DNA from: a virus
Lineage: Duplodnaviria > Caudoviricetes
Virus record (IMG/VR): IMGVR_UViG_3300014203_000012
Coordinates: 96,001-160,000 of that record
DNA length: 64,000 bases
Reading direction: 5' to 3' (one strand)
A program made the position numbers and the translations under genes. Each line of letters begins with the position of its first letter. The first letter of the stretch is position 1. Below are positions 1-9,837 of the stretch, in pieces. Under the pieces are notes generated by a model, which was not told the origin of the DNA, ran no database searches, and was given only the letters and a program-made list of their open reading frames with translations.

Positions 1-973
1 ACGTTGCTTTATACAAACAGAAGTACAAATGGTCGATATCAAATCCGCAAATAGTTTTTAACCATGTATCCATATTTTGTGGTTTGTTGGCATCAACAAG
101 ATGGTTAAACATGATTGAATATGCGGTTCTAAATGCCTGCATACGATTCTTAAAGTTTTCTGGATTTAGATTTGTGATTTCTTCACCGCTTAACGCAGAG
201 AACGTAATAAGACGTTTAGTGTTAGGAAGCGCCCACTGTGCGGTGTTTAGTTGCTTAGTGCTGTTTCTGAGAGCCTTTGTCAAAGAAATGGGTTTAGTTG
301 AAACTCTGAATTCTTTGAGATCAACAGTGGAAGATGTAGCTTTAATTGTTTCACGAATTTGTGATTGATATGTTTTGAATATTCCTTCTTGGCGGGTATG
401 CTCTTCCTCTTTTAGTTTCTTTTCTTCCTCAGTTTCTTTCTTATCTTCAGCAGGGTCTTCTTCCACTTCAGTTTCTTCTTCCAATTCATCGTCGCCCATA
501 AGTTCTTTAAGATCGCTATCATCAATAGAGAACCTATTGCTATCTTCCAATGCACCAAGATCTATACTATTAAGGATTTTACTTTCAACTGATTCCATTT
601 TTGCCGTCTGAGGTGCAGCAACTTTTATGTCGTCACCACGAGTAGGAGCTTCAGCTTCAGCTTCAATTCTTGCAGAAACCACTTTGTCTTTTAATGGATT
701 AATAACATTTTGCAATAAGTCTTGTTTAACCCTATCCATATTATCATCGATGAGTTTCATTTCGTTTTCCTCAAACTTTTTTTGAGGTTCTACTTTTAAT
801 ACGAAAGGAGCTATTTCTCCGATTTCCGCTTTTTCAGCGTTAGCATCTACACCACCAACCTGGGTTGGTGTAATAATTTCAGCTTTTGCTGTTGTAATTT
901 CAGGTTCTTTTACCGTAGTACTCTTGACCCCAAGGTCTGCTAATGTAATTTTTTTCTCTTTGTCTTTTCTCAT
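1..973 (-). CDS. Putative baseplate-hub-associated protein (possibly T4 gp26-like); 3' end runs off the window
   Basis: ATG at 973 with GGGG RBS. Open frame MRKDKEKKITLADLG..., an acidic linker, then ...WLKTICGFDIDHLYFCLYKAT. It follows the gp25-like gene and is absent from the ORF track because it is truncated. The function call is weak. Confidence 0.5.
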   Translation of the reverse strand, partial: MRKDKEKKITLADLGVKSTTVKEPEITTAKAEIITPTQVGGVDANAEKAEIGEIAPFVLKVEPQKKFEENEMKLIDDNMDRVKQDLLQNVINPLKDKVVSARIEAEAEAPTRGDDIKVAAPQTAKMESVESKILNSIDLGALEDSNRFSIDDSDLKELMGDDELEEETEVEEDPAEDKKETEEEKKLKEEEHTRQEGIFKTYQSQIRETIKATSSTVDLKEFRVSTKPISLTKALRNSTKQLNTAQWALPNTKRLITFSALSGEEITNLNPENFKNRMQAFRTAYSIMFNHLVDANKPQNMDTWLKTICGFDIDHLYFCLYKAT

Positions 974-990
974 TTAAATTACCCCCTATT

Positions 991-1359
991 TTATAATGAA
1001 TCTAATGTTTTTGTTTCTTTATCAAAGGTTAGGTTGTACACAATTTCATCTACCACGATAGCTATTTTAACTGCCTTATCTGATTCTGATATAGCAACTT
1101 CAGTGGCAATCAATTCTGGTAGGTATGTAGTCATCTGTTCTTCGATATCAGCTTTAAGCTGTTCTAAATCTTCACTAGACGAATAGCGATATCTAGACAC
1201 AATGCCAATACCCATATCAGGTCTAGTTGGAAATGTTCCCTTTTCTAATAGTATCAATTCTACAAGTTTGACGCATGTAGCATCTTGATCTTCTAAAACT
1301 TTGGGTCTGTTGAATTCATTCAACGAAAGAGTGTATTCTCTCAAAGTAACAACACTCAT
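991..1359 (-). CDS. Baseplate wedge subunit, gp25/GpW-like
   Basis: 122 aa. The motif LILLEKGTFPTRPDMGIGI matches the gp25 family pattern L.T..GER...P.FG. Confidence 0.75.
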   Translation of the reverse strand: MSVVTLREYTLSLNEFNRPKVLEDQDATCVKLVELILLEKGTFPTRPDMGIGIVSRYRYSSSEDLEQLKADIEEQMTTYLPELIATEVAISESDKAVKIAIVVDEIVYNLTFDKETKTLDSL

Positions 1360-1386
1360 TTAGTCACCACATCCCCTTTATAAATT

Positions 1387-1398
1387 TACTATTAAGTT
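1387..1398 (-). promoter_or_regulatory. Late-type promoter variant AACT-N6-TA
   Basis: Minus-strand AACTTAATAGTA about 28 nt upstream of the gp25-like start. Confidence 0.45.
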
Positions 1399-1442
1399 AC
1401 TAGCGTAAAATCGTACATCATACACAAATTAATAAAACCAGA

Positions 1443-1454
1443 AACATACCAATA
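1443..1454 (+). promoter_or_regulatory. Late-type promoter AACA-N6-TA
   Basis: AACATACCAATA about 22 nt upstream of ATG 1477. Same form as the AR9 nvRNAP late consensus. Confidence 0.6.
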
Positions 1455-1476
1455 ATTAAAAAGGGAGGCGTACGAT

Positions 1477-1839
1477 ATGGCTAAAAGAATTGGCAGATCG
1501 AATTTAGTGGGAAAAACTTTTGGATATCGTGAAGTTCTTGAATATGATGAAAAATCTAGAGATACTGGGGCGTCTAGATGTGTATGTGGAAAAATATCCA
1601 GTGTTAGTAGCGGGTCTTTACGAGAGGCAACAAATTGTGGATGCCTAAAAATAAAAGATCTTACAGATCGAAGATTTGGAAAATTGGTAGCGATTAAGAG
1701 AGTATATACTGATAATGCATATGGTGTACATTGGTTATGTCACTGCGATTGTGGTAATGATAAAATTCAAATAGTTGAAAGGGTTCCTATATTAACCCAA
1801 ATAATAAATAGAGTTGATATAAATAATAAGGAGAGCTGA
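1477..1839 (+). pseudogene. Remnant of an HNH/AP2-type homing endonuclease (N-terminal Cys repeat modules only)
   Basis: Two modules (NLVGKTFG...CVCG and DLTDRRFGKLVAI...WLCHCDCGN) typical of phage HNH/AP2 endonuclease N-termini. No nuclease domain follows. Confidence 0.55.
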
Positions 1840-1846
1840 AAGGATT

Positions 1847-4135
1847 ATGAAAAAATATAATTGCCCATATTGCTCTAAACGTTTTTCTAGAGATGAGTTA
1901 AGTTCACACTTGGATACTGAGCATATTGAAATGATTCCAGACGGTATAACTGCTATTCAACTTGTATTTAATCTGGTAAACAAACGTGATCATGGAATAT
2001 GTGTTGTTTGTAAAAGAGCTACTGAATGGCAGGAAAATAATGGAAAATACGGTAGGTTATGTGGACGTACACAATGCGCAGACGCGTTAAGAGACGCATA
2101 TAAAAAGAATATGATTAAAGTACACGGTAAGACTACTCTATTAAATGACCCTGAAATACAAAAGCGTATGTTAGCAAATAGAGGCATCTCTGGTAAGTAT
2201 AAGTTTACTGATGGTGGATATCATGTATATACTGGCAGTTACGAACATCGTGCGCTTGAATTCATAGATAAAGTGCTAGGATTTAGCTCCAGTGAGATAA
2301 TGTGTCCAGGCCCGATATTTGAGTATGAATATAACGGGGATAAACATCAGTGGATTACCGATATGCTGATTATTCCTTTCAATCTAGTCATCGAAGTTAA
2401 AGATGGTGGTAATTCGCCAAATAATCGTACTATGACTAGTTACAGAGAAAAGCAAGTTGCTAAAGAGAAACTCATATCTGAAATTGGGACGTTTAATTAT
2501 TTGAGATTGACTGATAATGATTTCTCTCAACTGTTATTCAGTATTGCCGAGCTTAAAGCTCAAATGATTGATGATAGTGAAGATAATAAGAAAGTTATTA
2601 TCAATATCAACGAAGAGGTAGAAGCTTTACAAGAGGGTATAAATTATAAAATGATTAAAGATAAACTTATAGGATCTAAGCCTAAGAATTATAATATTAG
2701 GTTAGAGTCTTATACCAAAGCTAAAGAAGCAATATATAACTCTGCAGATGCATATGGGTTTAAAAAATATATGAGAGTATTTCCATACGATCAAAATAAT
2801 AACCAATTAACTTATTATGTATATGAAGAATCTAAAACTTGTTTATTATTTGCAGTGGATCTAAAAAGTATATCTAAAGAAGAAGATCGTAGAAATATTG
2901 TGTCGAAGATAAAAAAGTTTCTTAATGAGATAAATATTGAATGGCAAAAGATTAGCAAATTTAAAGATTTTGAAATAAAACTACATTTAGACACAGATAA
3001 ATATAAATATGGAGAATTTGCTATATATCATTATAATAAAATAAATGAAGGTATGGAATTTCTAGAAGAAATGTCTGTAGAAAGTAAATTAGATAAAGAT
3101 CATACACAAAAAGGAAATAAATCTTTATCTTCATTCAAAAAAGTTTCTATTAATTATACCGAGATTCAGAGATATAAATCGAATATGAAATCTCTATCTC
3201 ATATAAGAACCACTAGAGAATACAAAGGAACTATATTCTTAGATAAAGACAAACCAGTTTGTTATGTAAACGTAAATATTGATACTGGAATGGTGCAAGC
3301 TTTAGAAATATCTAAGGATTATCAAGGGTATGGATTATCATCCCAGTTGGTATCGTATGCAATGAATGCACTACATGCTACTTCTCTTACTGTAAATAAA
3401 AATAACGAAGTAGCAATAAAAGTATATAAACAAATGGGATTCAAGATTATTAAAAGTAGCGATACTATGATAACTATGTCTACTAAAAAGAATATACAAG
3501 AATTCATGGGATGCGCTGGTCCTGGTGGTATGCCAGGTGCTGGTCAAGGTATATACATGACGCAGTATGGACCTAAGAGTACCTTTGGAGATGATAACGT
3601 TGAAGGTTATGCAATCCATAATGATATTATTACTGATAGGATATTACTTGTTGACAAACGAGGGAATCTTACTGTAAAAGAATCTTCTTTTTTACAAGGA
3701 AGAAAGCTTAGAATATTTAAGTACGTAGGCGAGAATGCGCTTGGTTATGCAAATATCATAAGCTCAGTAAACAAAAGAGCATATAGAGAATATCTGTATG
3801 AAGCATTAACCGGAAAGAGATTATTATCTGACGATCAAGTTATTTGCGATGACTGCTTTACCGAAGTATCAGCCGCTAAAATATTTTCAGAATATAGTTC
3901 CGTTGCTCAAACTATCGTAGACCAATATAAGAAGATAATGGGAGAAGAAGTAATAAGACTTCCACTAATGAGTAAAGCTGCTATAAAAGAAGCGTCTAAG
4001 CTTCTAGGGAATAATAGGAGTATAAACGTATTTGAGAATATGAATGGATACTTTGCTGAGAACGCAGTAACTCGTGAAAGAACTGCATATTTTAAAAGGA
4101 TATGCGATATTCAGATTGAGGTGATAAAATGTTAG
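1847..4135 (+). CDS. Multidomain virion protein: Zn fingers, TnsA/T4 gp4-like PD-(D/E)xK nuclease, inserted unknown domain, GNAT acetyltransferase
   Basis: C2H2 motif CPYC...HLDTEH and CVVC. Nuclease-like YTGSYE...WITDML...LVIEVKD. GNAT motif A ALEISKDYQGYGLSSQL and motif B NEVAIKVYKQMGF (about 3200-3460). Confidence 0.7.
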   Translation: MKKYNCPYCSKRFSRDELSSHLDTEHIEMIPDGITAIQLVFNLVNKRDHGICVVCKRATEWQENNGKYGRLCGRTQCADALRDAYKKNMIKVHGKTTLLNDPEIQKRMLANRGISGKYKFTDGGYHVYTGSYEHRALEFIDKVLGFSSSEIMCPGPIFEYEYNGDKHQWITDMLIIPFNLVIEVKDGGNSPNNRTMTSYREKQVAKEKLISEIGTFNYLRLTDNDFSQLLFSIAELKAQMIDDSEDNKKVIININEEVEALQEGINYKMIKDKLIGSKPKNYNIRLESYTKAKEAIYNSADAYGFKKYMRVFPYDQNNNQLTYYVYEESKTCLLFAVDLKSISKEEDRRNIVSKIKKFLNEINIEWQKISKFKDFEIKLHLDTDKYKYGEFAIYHYNKINEGMEFLEEMSVESKLDKDHTQKGNKSLSSFKKVSINYTEIQRYKSNMKSLSHIRTTREYKGTIFLDKDKPVCYVNVNIDTGMVQALEISKDYQGYGLSSQLVSYAMNALHATSLTVNKNNEVAIKVYKQMGFKIIKSSDTMITMSTKKNIQEFMGCAGPGGMPGAGQGIYMTQYGPKSTFGDDNVEGYAIHNDIITDRILLVDKRGNLTVKESSFLQGRKLRIFKYVGENALGYANIISSVNKRAYREYLYEALTGKRLLSDDQVICDDCFTEVSAAKIFSEYSSVAQTIVDQYKKIMGEEVIRLPLMSKAAIKEASKLLGNNRSINVFENMNGYFAENAVTRERTAYFKRICDIQIEVIKC

Positions 4136-6363
4136 GATTAGACTACGAGGTTGTCAAACATGTTTGTTTAGATGATAGAGAGATAGCTGATTGGCGTGTG
4201 GCGCATAATAAGATCCTTTTATACAGTAAGTATGAAACAGAGAAAAAGTTAAAAGAAGACTGGGGATCATTTACCGATATGCAAATAGGGGATAGACGGG
4301 AAAGCGATTGGAAGTCTATAGATCTGTTTGGTCTTAGTAACACTGCTAGATACGAAGATATGCTATCAGAATTTCTTAAGAGCGATATTGAGGATGAATT
4401 GTATGATAATTTGTATGTTCCTGTAAAAGAATCTGCATATTCTCAAGCAGATGAATGGAACAAGAATAATATTAATAAAATTATTACCAAAGCAACGTCT
4501 TTAGAAGACTTAGAGGATCAATGGGATGCATATAATAGAATCCCAATTGACCGTAGATTCGAAGTAAATGATGCATCCAATGATCTATTTAAAATGGATA
4601 ATACCCAACATTATTCAATGCAAAAAAGTGAATTTCTTAAACAGGATATAGATGATGTGGAACCTACTTTACTCTATAGCCCAGTTAAAGAAGAAGCATT
4701 AAGATTATACGCATCAAAGATAGATACTATTGGGGCTGCGGAAACTTGTATGAAAATACAAGAATCTACTTTAGGGATAGCAACTAATATTATATTTGAA
4801 AGTGCAGTAAAGAATATTAGTGATAAAATAGATATGGATAATATGATGGCTCTATCTATTACCCCATTCTATTCTCCGTATGAAATGGAAAAGCTAGGTA
4901 TATCTGATATAGATACTGGTATATATAGCGGCGACCCTGATAATCTTCTTATTGGATCTATTACAACCAAACAATGGTTCCAAGAATATAAGAATAAGTT
5001 TAATGGGTTTAATGACGAAGACTATACTAGCCAATCTACATGGGCTGAAACTGTACGAAAGCTATACTCTAATTATAAAGATATAAAGGAATCTGGAGAT
5101 ACCTTTGCTATTAATAATAGAAAGCAATCTATTCTTGATCTTGGATGGAATCCAGAAATAGAGTTCAATGAAAGTAATAGAATATATGCAGATAACCGTA
5201 TAAATTCTATACTCAAAGAACAATATTCTCGATATAGAATTATTGATGTGGAGGAAAGCATATCTTTATTTAAAGAAGAAGCTAATGAAGATTATCTTGG
5301 AGCTCTTAGACAGGTTGCTGTTCGCCCAGTCTACATTGTATTCTTTAACTCTAAAACTATATTCAATAAATTAGTAAGAACTATGACTAAAAGTGTGTAC
5401 AGCCACGTTGCTATATCATTTACACCTTCTTTAAAAACTATGTATAGTTTCGATGCTAAGCGTGGTGGTTTCTCAGCCGAATATATGAAGGACTATATAA
5501 AATCTGGAGAAGTTAAAGCTATTCAGGTATTTTGCACTTTCATAGATGCAGATAAATATGAAATATTGCAATCTAGGATACATGAATACTCTAGAAATAA
5601 AAAGAAATTAGGGTATTCGTTTATCAATCTAATTACTATACCATTTAAAATAAATTATATTGATAGCTCTAAACAAGTTTGCTCTCAATTTGTAGATGGT
5701 ATGCTTAAATTAATAGACTTGGATATTACTCATCGTAATTCTAACATGATATCTCCAGGTCAACTTAATAAAAGTCTTAAAAAATACAAAGGTGATATGT
5801 ATAAAATATACACTGGTGCACCAGCAAAGTATAATCCAGATAGAATAATTGCGTTTATGAATAGAATAGCTAGCACAGTTATTAATGTAGAATCTGAAGT
5901 GCTAAGACCATTCCTTACCATATCTGCAATCAAAGAAGCTAAAGAATTCCCAGTACAGTTTACAGATGATGGTGATCTTCTTATATCTAAAGGTAAAGAC
6001 TTAGACTTCGAGGGAGAGTATTCTAGATGTCATATGGCATTAGTTCAATACGATAAGGCTAAAAATGCAGAAGCTATGAAGTATTGTTTATGTAAGTTAT
6101 GGTATATGAATATTGTTTTGGAAGAAAAGATCCATGATGATAAATCTGATAAGGATAAGATTAAAGAATACCATAAAGCTAGAGCTAAGATATTGAATGA
6201 TCTTAATGGATATATGACTAAAGTACAGAAGTTAGATAAAGACTTCGATATGCTTAAGGTATATAAAGAAAGTCCATTTGATAATAGCGAGATTAAAATA
6301 AGAAGATCTACACTAATTTACACTATCGATTTATTCAAAAGACTTATTGGTGCTACCAAATAA
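4129..6363 (+). CDS. Virion protein with an internal duplication and an inserted permuted papain-like (YaeF/YiiX-type NlpC/P60) hydrolase domain
   Basis: YSHVAISF (His at about 5404) precedes VCSQFV (Cys at about 5680), the permuted order. The N-terminal repeat ends SEFLKSDIED / SEFLKQDIDD. Confidence 0.65.
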   Translation: MLGLDYEVVKHVCLDDREIADWRVAHNKILLYSKYETEKKLKEDWGSFTDMQIGDRRESDWKSIDLFGLSNTARYEDMLSEFLKSDIEDELYDNLYVPVKESAYSQADEWNKNNINKIITKATSLEDLEDQWDAYNRIPIDRRFEVNDASNDLFKMDNTQHYSMQKSEFLKQDIDDVEPTLLYSPVKEEALRLYASKIDTIGAAETCMKIQESTLGIATNIIFESAVKNISDKIDMDNMMALSITPFYSPYEMEKLGISDIDTGIYSGDPDNLLIGSITTKQWFQEYKNKFNGFNDEDYTSQSTWAETVRKLYSNYKDIKESGDTFAINNRKQSILDLGWNPEIEFNESNRIYADNRINSILKEQYSRYRIIDVEESISLFKEEANEDYLGALRQVAVRPVYIVFFNSKTIFNKLVRTMTKSVYSHVAISFTPSLKTMYSFDAKRGGFSAEYMKDYIKSGEVKAIQVFCTFIDADKYEILQSRIHEYSRNKKKLGYSFINLITIPFKINYIDSSKQVCSQFVDGMLKLIDLDITHRNSNMISPGQLNKSLKKYKGDMYKIYTGAPAKYNPDRIIAFMNRIASTVINVESEVLRPFLTISAIKEAKEFPVQFTDDGDLLISKGKDLDFEGEYSRCHMALVQYDKAKNAEAMKYCLCKLWYMNIVLEEKIHDDKSDKDKIKEYHKARAKILNDLNGYMTKVQKLDKDFDMLKVYKESPFDNSEIKIRRSTLIYTIDLFKRLIGATK

Positions 6364-6368
6364 TATAT

Positions 6369-6393
6369 GTAGGATAGTATTATGCTATCCTAC
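6369..6393 (+). terminator. Intrinsic terminator hairpin
   Basis: GTAGGATAG-tattatg-CTATCCTAC followed by a T tract. Confidence 0.75.
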
Positions 6394-6402
6394 TTTATTT
6401 TT

Positions 6403-6424
6403 TGATTATATATTATATCAATGA
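6403..6424 (+). promoter_or_regulatory. Early-type promoter TATATATTAT...TGA
   Basis: TGATTATATATTATATCAATGA, one of 10 intergenic copies. Confidence 0.7.
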
Positions 6425-6439
6425 TAATATATTAGGAGG

Positions 6440-6835
6440 GTGATAATATTGAAGAGTATTAATGTGACAGACAATAATATCGAAGAGGTTATCAACATTT
6501 TAAACGAAGCATTTAAAGAAAAAGTGTTTAATATTTATTTTGGTAAGGTATCCAATATATACAACGCGCCGGAAACATTTTTTACTAATATTCCATACGA
6601 TAGAATTGGTGGTATGCGTATACCGCAAAAGGTGGAAGCTAACAAATCAAGTGATAAAATAAGAGAAATATGTGGATGTATTATAGATTTCCGTACACGC
6701 GGTGATTTTTATCATGTGTATGCAAATAGAAGTATTATTGTTATTGCAGATAATGGGAATATATATCTTATAACATTAGACAAAAATCTAGAAGAACAAC
6801 AAACTACATATGAATTTAAAATAGCGGCGGCATAG
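6440..6835 (+). CDS. Hypothetical early protein
   Basis: GGAGG RBS, with its own promoter and terminator (hairpin 6834-6853). Confidence 0.7.
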   Translation: MIILKSINVTDNNIEEVINILNEAFKEKVFNIYFGKVSNIYNAPETFFTNIPYDRIGGMRIPQKVEANKSSDKIREICGCIIDFRTRGDFYHVYANRSIIVIADNGNIYLITLDKNLEEQQTTYEFKIAAA

Positions 6836-6909
6836 AGCACTATAATGTGCTCTTTTCAATTTCTAATACATTTGTTACAATAAGATAAAAGAGAATAGGG
6901 GGTTTTATA

Positions 6910-7812
6910 ATGAGTAATAAAACTAATATATTTATAGGAGCGAAGTTCTATAAATATAAAGAAGATGGAAGTTTAGAAGTAATTAGGGTGATTAGAGTTA
7001 AAAGTGAGAAAATGTACGTTGTAATCAAAGATAACGATACTAGTCTCAAATATATTAAAACGGCAGATGAATTGCACGAATATGGTTTACTTAGATCAGA
7101 TGCTATATATACATTCAGCATTGTAGTCAATGCTGAAGATAATGTACAGCTTCGTGATATAATAGTAACAATGAGTAGAAAGAAAGATAAGAATGAGCCA
7201 TACGTCGTATGTCGCCAAATGATGCACAATATGTATTCTCATATGGTGACAACTGATACGGTTCTAGGCTGTTGCGTATCACAAGATTCATGCCCAGCTG
7301 ATGTGAATTTCAAATCTACTCTTATATGCAACCAATTAGTTAAAACCGTTTCAGTTCATGGATATTTTGAAGATATGCCAGAGGTTATACTTAAGCTTGC
7401 AGAAAAGCTTATTAGACAAGGAGATAAGATTCTTGCAGAACAGCGCTCTATATTAGGGGATGCATATAAAGGATTATGCAGTTCTGTTAAAGAATTATTA
7501 GAGGAAAACTTATTTTGGGAAGAGGTAAATAAAGGTTTAAAAATCACTAAACTAAATGATAAAATAGAAAATTGTTCACTCAATCTTGAGCAACTAACTT
7601 ACCTTGAAGAAGACATTTCATATCTAATGGATAAGGTGCATGTAGTCGAATATGGGCCCGATATTGATTTCAGTCAACTTAAGTCTGATTATATGCTTAT
7701 CCGAGATTCTGAAAATAAACTTTATTTTGTAAGCTTTTTGCGTGGTAGTTTTATAAAACAAGAACATTTGAGTGAAGAAGAACTTGAGAAATTTAACTCT
7801 ATAAAAATATAA
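6910..7812 (+). CDS. Hypothetical protein
   Basis: 300-aa ORF with GGGGG RBS and a TACA-N6-TA motif at 6876-6887. Confidence 0.75.
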   Translation: MSNKTNIFIGAKFYKYKEDGSLEVIRVIRVKSEKMYVVIKDNDTSLKYIKTADELHEYGLLRSDAIYTFSIVVNAEDNVQLRDIIVTMSRKKDKNEPYVVCRQMMHNMYSHMVTTDTVLGCCVSQDSCPADVNFKSTLICNQLVKTVSVHGYFEDMPEVILKLAEKLIRQGDKILAEQRSILGDAYKGLCSSVKELLEENLFWEEVNKGLKITKLNDKIENCSLNLEQLTYLEEDISYLMDKVHVVEYGPDIDFSQLKSDYMLIRDSENKLYFVSFLRGSFIKQEHLSEEELEKFNSIKI

Positions 7813-7813
7813 T

Positions 7814-7835
7814 TGATTATATATTATAGAGATGA
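7814..7835 (+). promoter_or_regulatory. Early-type promoter
   Basis: TGATTATATATTATAGAGATGA. Confidence 0.7.
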
Positions 7836-7896
7836 ATTAATAAGCTGGTAACTACATATGTGGGTAACAGCAATAAAAATTAAAGGGGTAATTAGA

Positions 7897-8709
7897 ATGA
7901 ACTTTGAAGACAGAAACAACCGATCCAGAGGAAATGCACAACCACAGCAGGAAGCAGTGGAAGAAAAGGTTAATGAAAAAGGCGAAAAAAGAATTCCTGC
8001 TCGCATCCAAATCAAGTCAATTGAAATGGAAGGCACCTTCAAATCAAAACTTGTCACTTCAACTAAATTGTGTGCTATGATTAATAAAATCATGCGCGGT
8101 GTAAGTCCAGATTTTGATGGTTCCCGTATTCAAGTGCTTGGGGCAAATGTCGTATGCGAATTGTTCTTTTGTGAGAATCCACATGTGCCACTTCGTGAAG
8201 GTCAAATTCAAGTAATTGATCGTCGCGATAATATTTATGGTACTAATGGTAAAGTGAAAAATGCTGCTAGTGTTATTGAACGATTCAATCGCAGAAATGC
8301 GGTTGCCACTCAATACGAAGTAACTCAAGAAGGTAAAGAAGCATTTGGTGAATTCGTTCCATCTCACCTTATCACTAATCGTGAAAAGAAGATTATTGAT
8401 TGGGGTCGCGCCGCTGCAGAAGATTGCGAATCTGCATACAACGGTCGTAATAAAATCTATGTAAAAGTGCAATTTGACTTGCATAAATTCTTACGCAAAG
8501 TCTATGGCGGTAAAGCTGCAGATGGGTCTGATTACATCTATGAGCTTTCAGTATTGAAACCATTGGATGCAATCAAATTACCAGGCGGCAATATTGTAGC
8601 CACAAAATGGCTAGTAAATGTTCTTCAGGTTGATGAAGCTAGTGTTCGTACAACCTATGAAGAGAGCGGTTTCAGCCCTCTCCAGAACACACTGAATATC
8701 ATTCGCTAA
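7897..8709 (+). CDS. Hypothetical early protein, probably highly expressed
   Basis: The start at ATG 7897 (AGGGG RBS) fits better than 7858. Codons are rich in CGT/CGC/GGT. A GAAA-loop hairpin follows. Confidence 0.75.
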   Translation: MNFEDRNNRSRGNAQPQQEAVEEKVNEKGEKRIPARIQIKSIEMEGTFKSKLVTSTKLCAMINKIMRGVSPDFDGSRIQVLGANVVCELFFCENPHVPLREGQIQVIDRRDNIYGTNGKVKNAASVIERFNRRNAVATQYEVTQEGKEAFGEFVPSHLITNREKKIIDWGRAAAEDCESAYNGRNKIYVKVQFDLHKFLRKVYGGKAADGSDYIYELSVLKPLDAIKLPGGNIVATKWLVNVLQVDEASVRTTYEESGFSPLQNTLNIIR

Positions 8710-8714
8710 CATAC

Positions 8715-8748
8715 ATATACAGGAGTAGAGAAATCTACTCCTGTATAT
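8715..8748 (+). terminator. Terminator hairpin with GAAA loop
   Basis: ATATACAGGAGTAGA-gaaa-TCTACTCCTGTATAT. Confidence 0.8.
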
Positions 8749-8782
8749 ATTATTATTATTTTTTATTTGGAGGTAATACAAA

Positions 8783-9025
8783 ATGGATTGCGGAGATGCA
8801 GATAAAGATACCCCAAATATAGTAGATTTGATAGAATATACAAAACATATTTTATCAAATTTTAAATTTAAAGAGGGAAAAGAACCTACAGATAATGAGA
8901 TTTCTGAACTGTCTACTTCGATATCAAAAGATTATTTTGATGCGTTTACTAAAGTATATCATTATTTTAAATGGGACGAGAGAATAGAAAAAGGACCCTT
9001 CCCGGGCACTAAATCATTTTATTAG
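8783..9025 (+). CDS. Hypothetical protein
   Basis: GGAGG RBS, 80 aa. Confidence 0.65.
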   Translation: MDCGDADKDTPNIVDLIEYTKHILSNFKFKEGKEPTDNEISELSTSISKDYFDAFTKVYHYFKWDERIEKGPFPGTKSFY

Positions 9026-9037
9026 GGGGTATAAGAA

Positions 9038-9427
9038 ATGGCTGCTATTTTTGAATATCATGTTAATGACGAGGTTGATGAAGTTATTGATGAAAAAGGT
9101 AATACCGTTATCCTATTTAGAAAACTAGCATGGGGTAAAGGTGCAGAGAAACTTGAATTAAGAAAATGGTTTGTTGATATAAATAAAGAAACACCTTCTA
9201 AGGGAGTCACTTTCCTAACAGAAGAAGGCCCACATAATCTAGTGCATACCTTTATTAAGAAGGGGTTTGGCGATACTGAAAAGATTTTAACAGAACTAAA
9301 AGCCAGAGATGGATTTGAAGATGCTCTTTCTAGTGTAATTGGTAAGAAAAAGGTAAAAGAAATTAAGGAACAAGATGCCGTTGAAGGTGAAGCGGTTTAC
9401 TACGATCCTAAAGAAATGCTGGGGTGA
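9038..9427 (+). CDS. PC4/YdbC-like ssDNA-binding protein
   Basis: LAWGKGAEKLELRKW...PSKGVTFLTEE resembles the YdbC/PC4 pattern SW...KYDIR.W...GKGITL..EE. Confidence 0.65.
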   Translation: MAAIFEYHVNDEVDEVIDEKGNTVILFRKLAWGKGAEKLELRKWFVDINKETPSKGVTFLTEEGPHNLVHTFIKKGFGDTEKILTELKARDGFEDALSSVIGKKKVKEIKEQDAVEGEAVYYDPKEMLG

Positions 9428-9432
9428 TTTAA

Positions 9433-9837
9433 ATGGCAATCGAAAATGAAGTTCAAGGTGGAATAGCAGAAGGGCCATTTGAGCAGTTTGAAATATGCAC
9501 CTATGATACAAATTGCAAGTTTAAAGACACCGATGGGTATTGTATCTTTGAAGTGTGCATTATTCAACACACCCTACCGCCACTTACAATGCTATGGTAC
9601 TTTGAATGTGTAATATGTAAAACTATAGATTGTATAAGACCAAACGATATGAAGATGCATATTTGCTCAAAATGTATTGAAAGAATACATGCAGTAGAGG
9701 CTCTTCCTGTTACTTGTCGATGGTGTGGTGCCACTATAACCTCTCCACCATCATGGGTATTTTCAGGATTGTGCCCAGACTGTTTGGGCAGATTAAAGAA
9801 AGCTGCATGGGAGCATGATTTTAATGATTTACGATGA
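9433..9837 (+). CDS. Cys-rich zinc-binding protein
   Basis: Multiple CxxC pairs (CVIC, CSKC, CRWC, CPDC). Confidence 0.65.
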   Translation: MAIENEVQGGIAEGPFEQFEICTYDTNCKFKDTDGYCIFEVCIIQHTLPPLTMLWYFECVICKTIDCIRPNDMKMHICSKCIERIHAVEALPVTCRWCGATITSPPSWVFSGLCPDCLGRLKKAAWEHDFNDLR

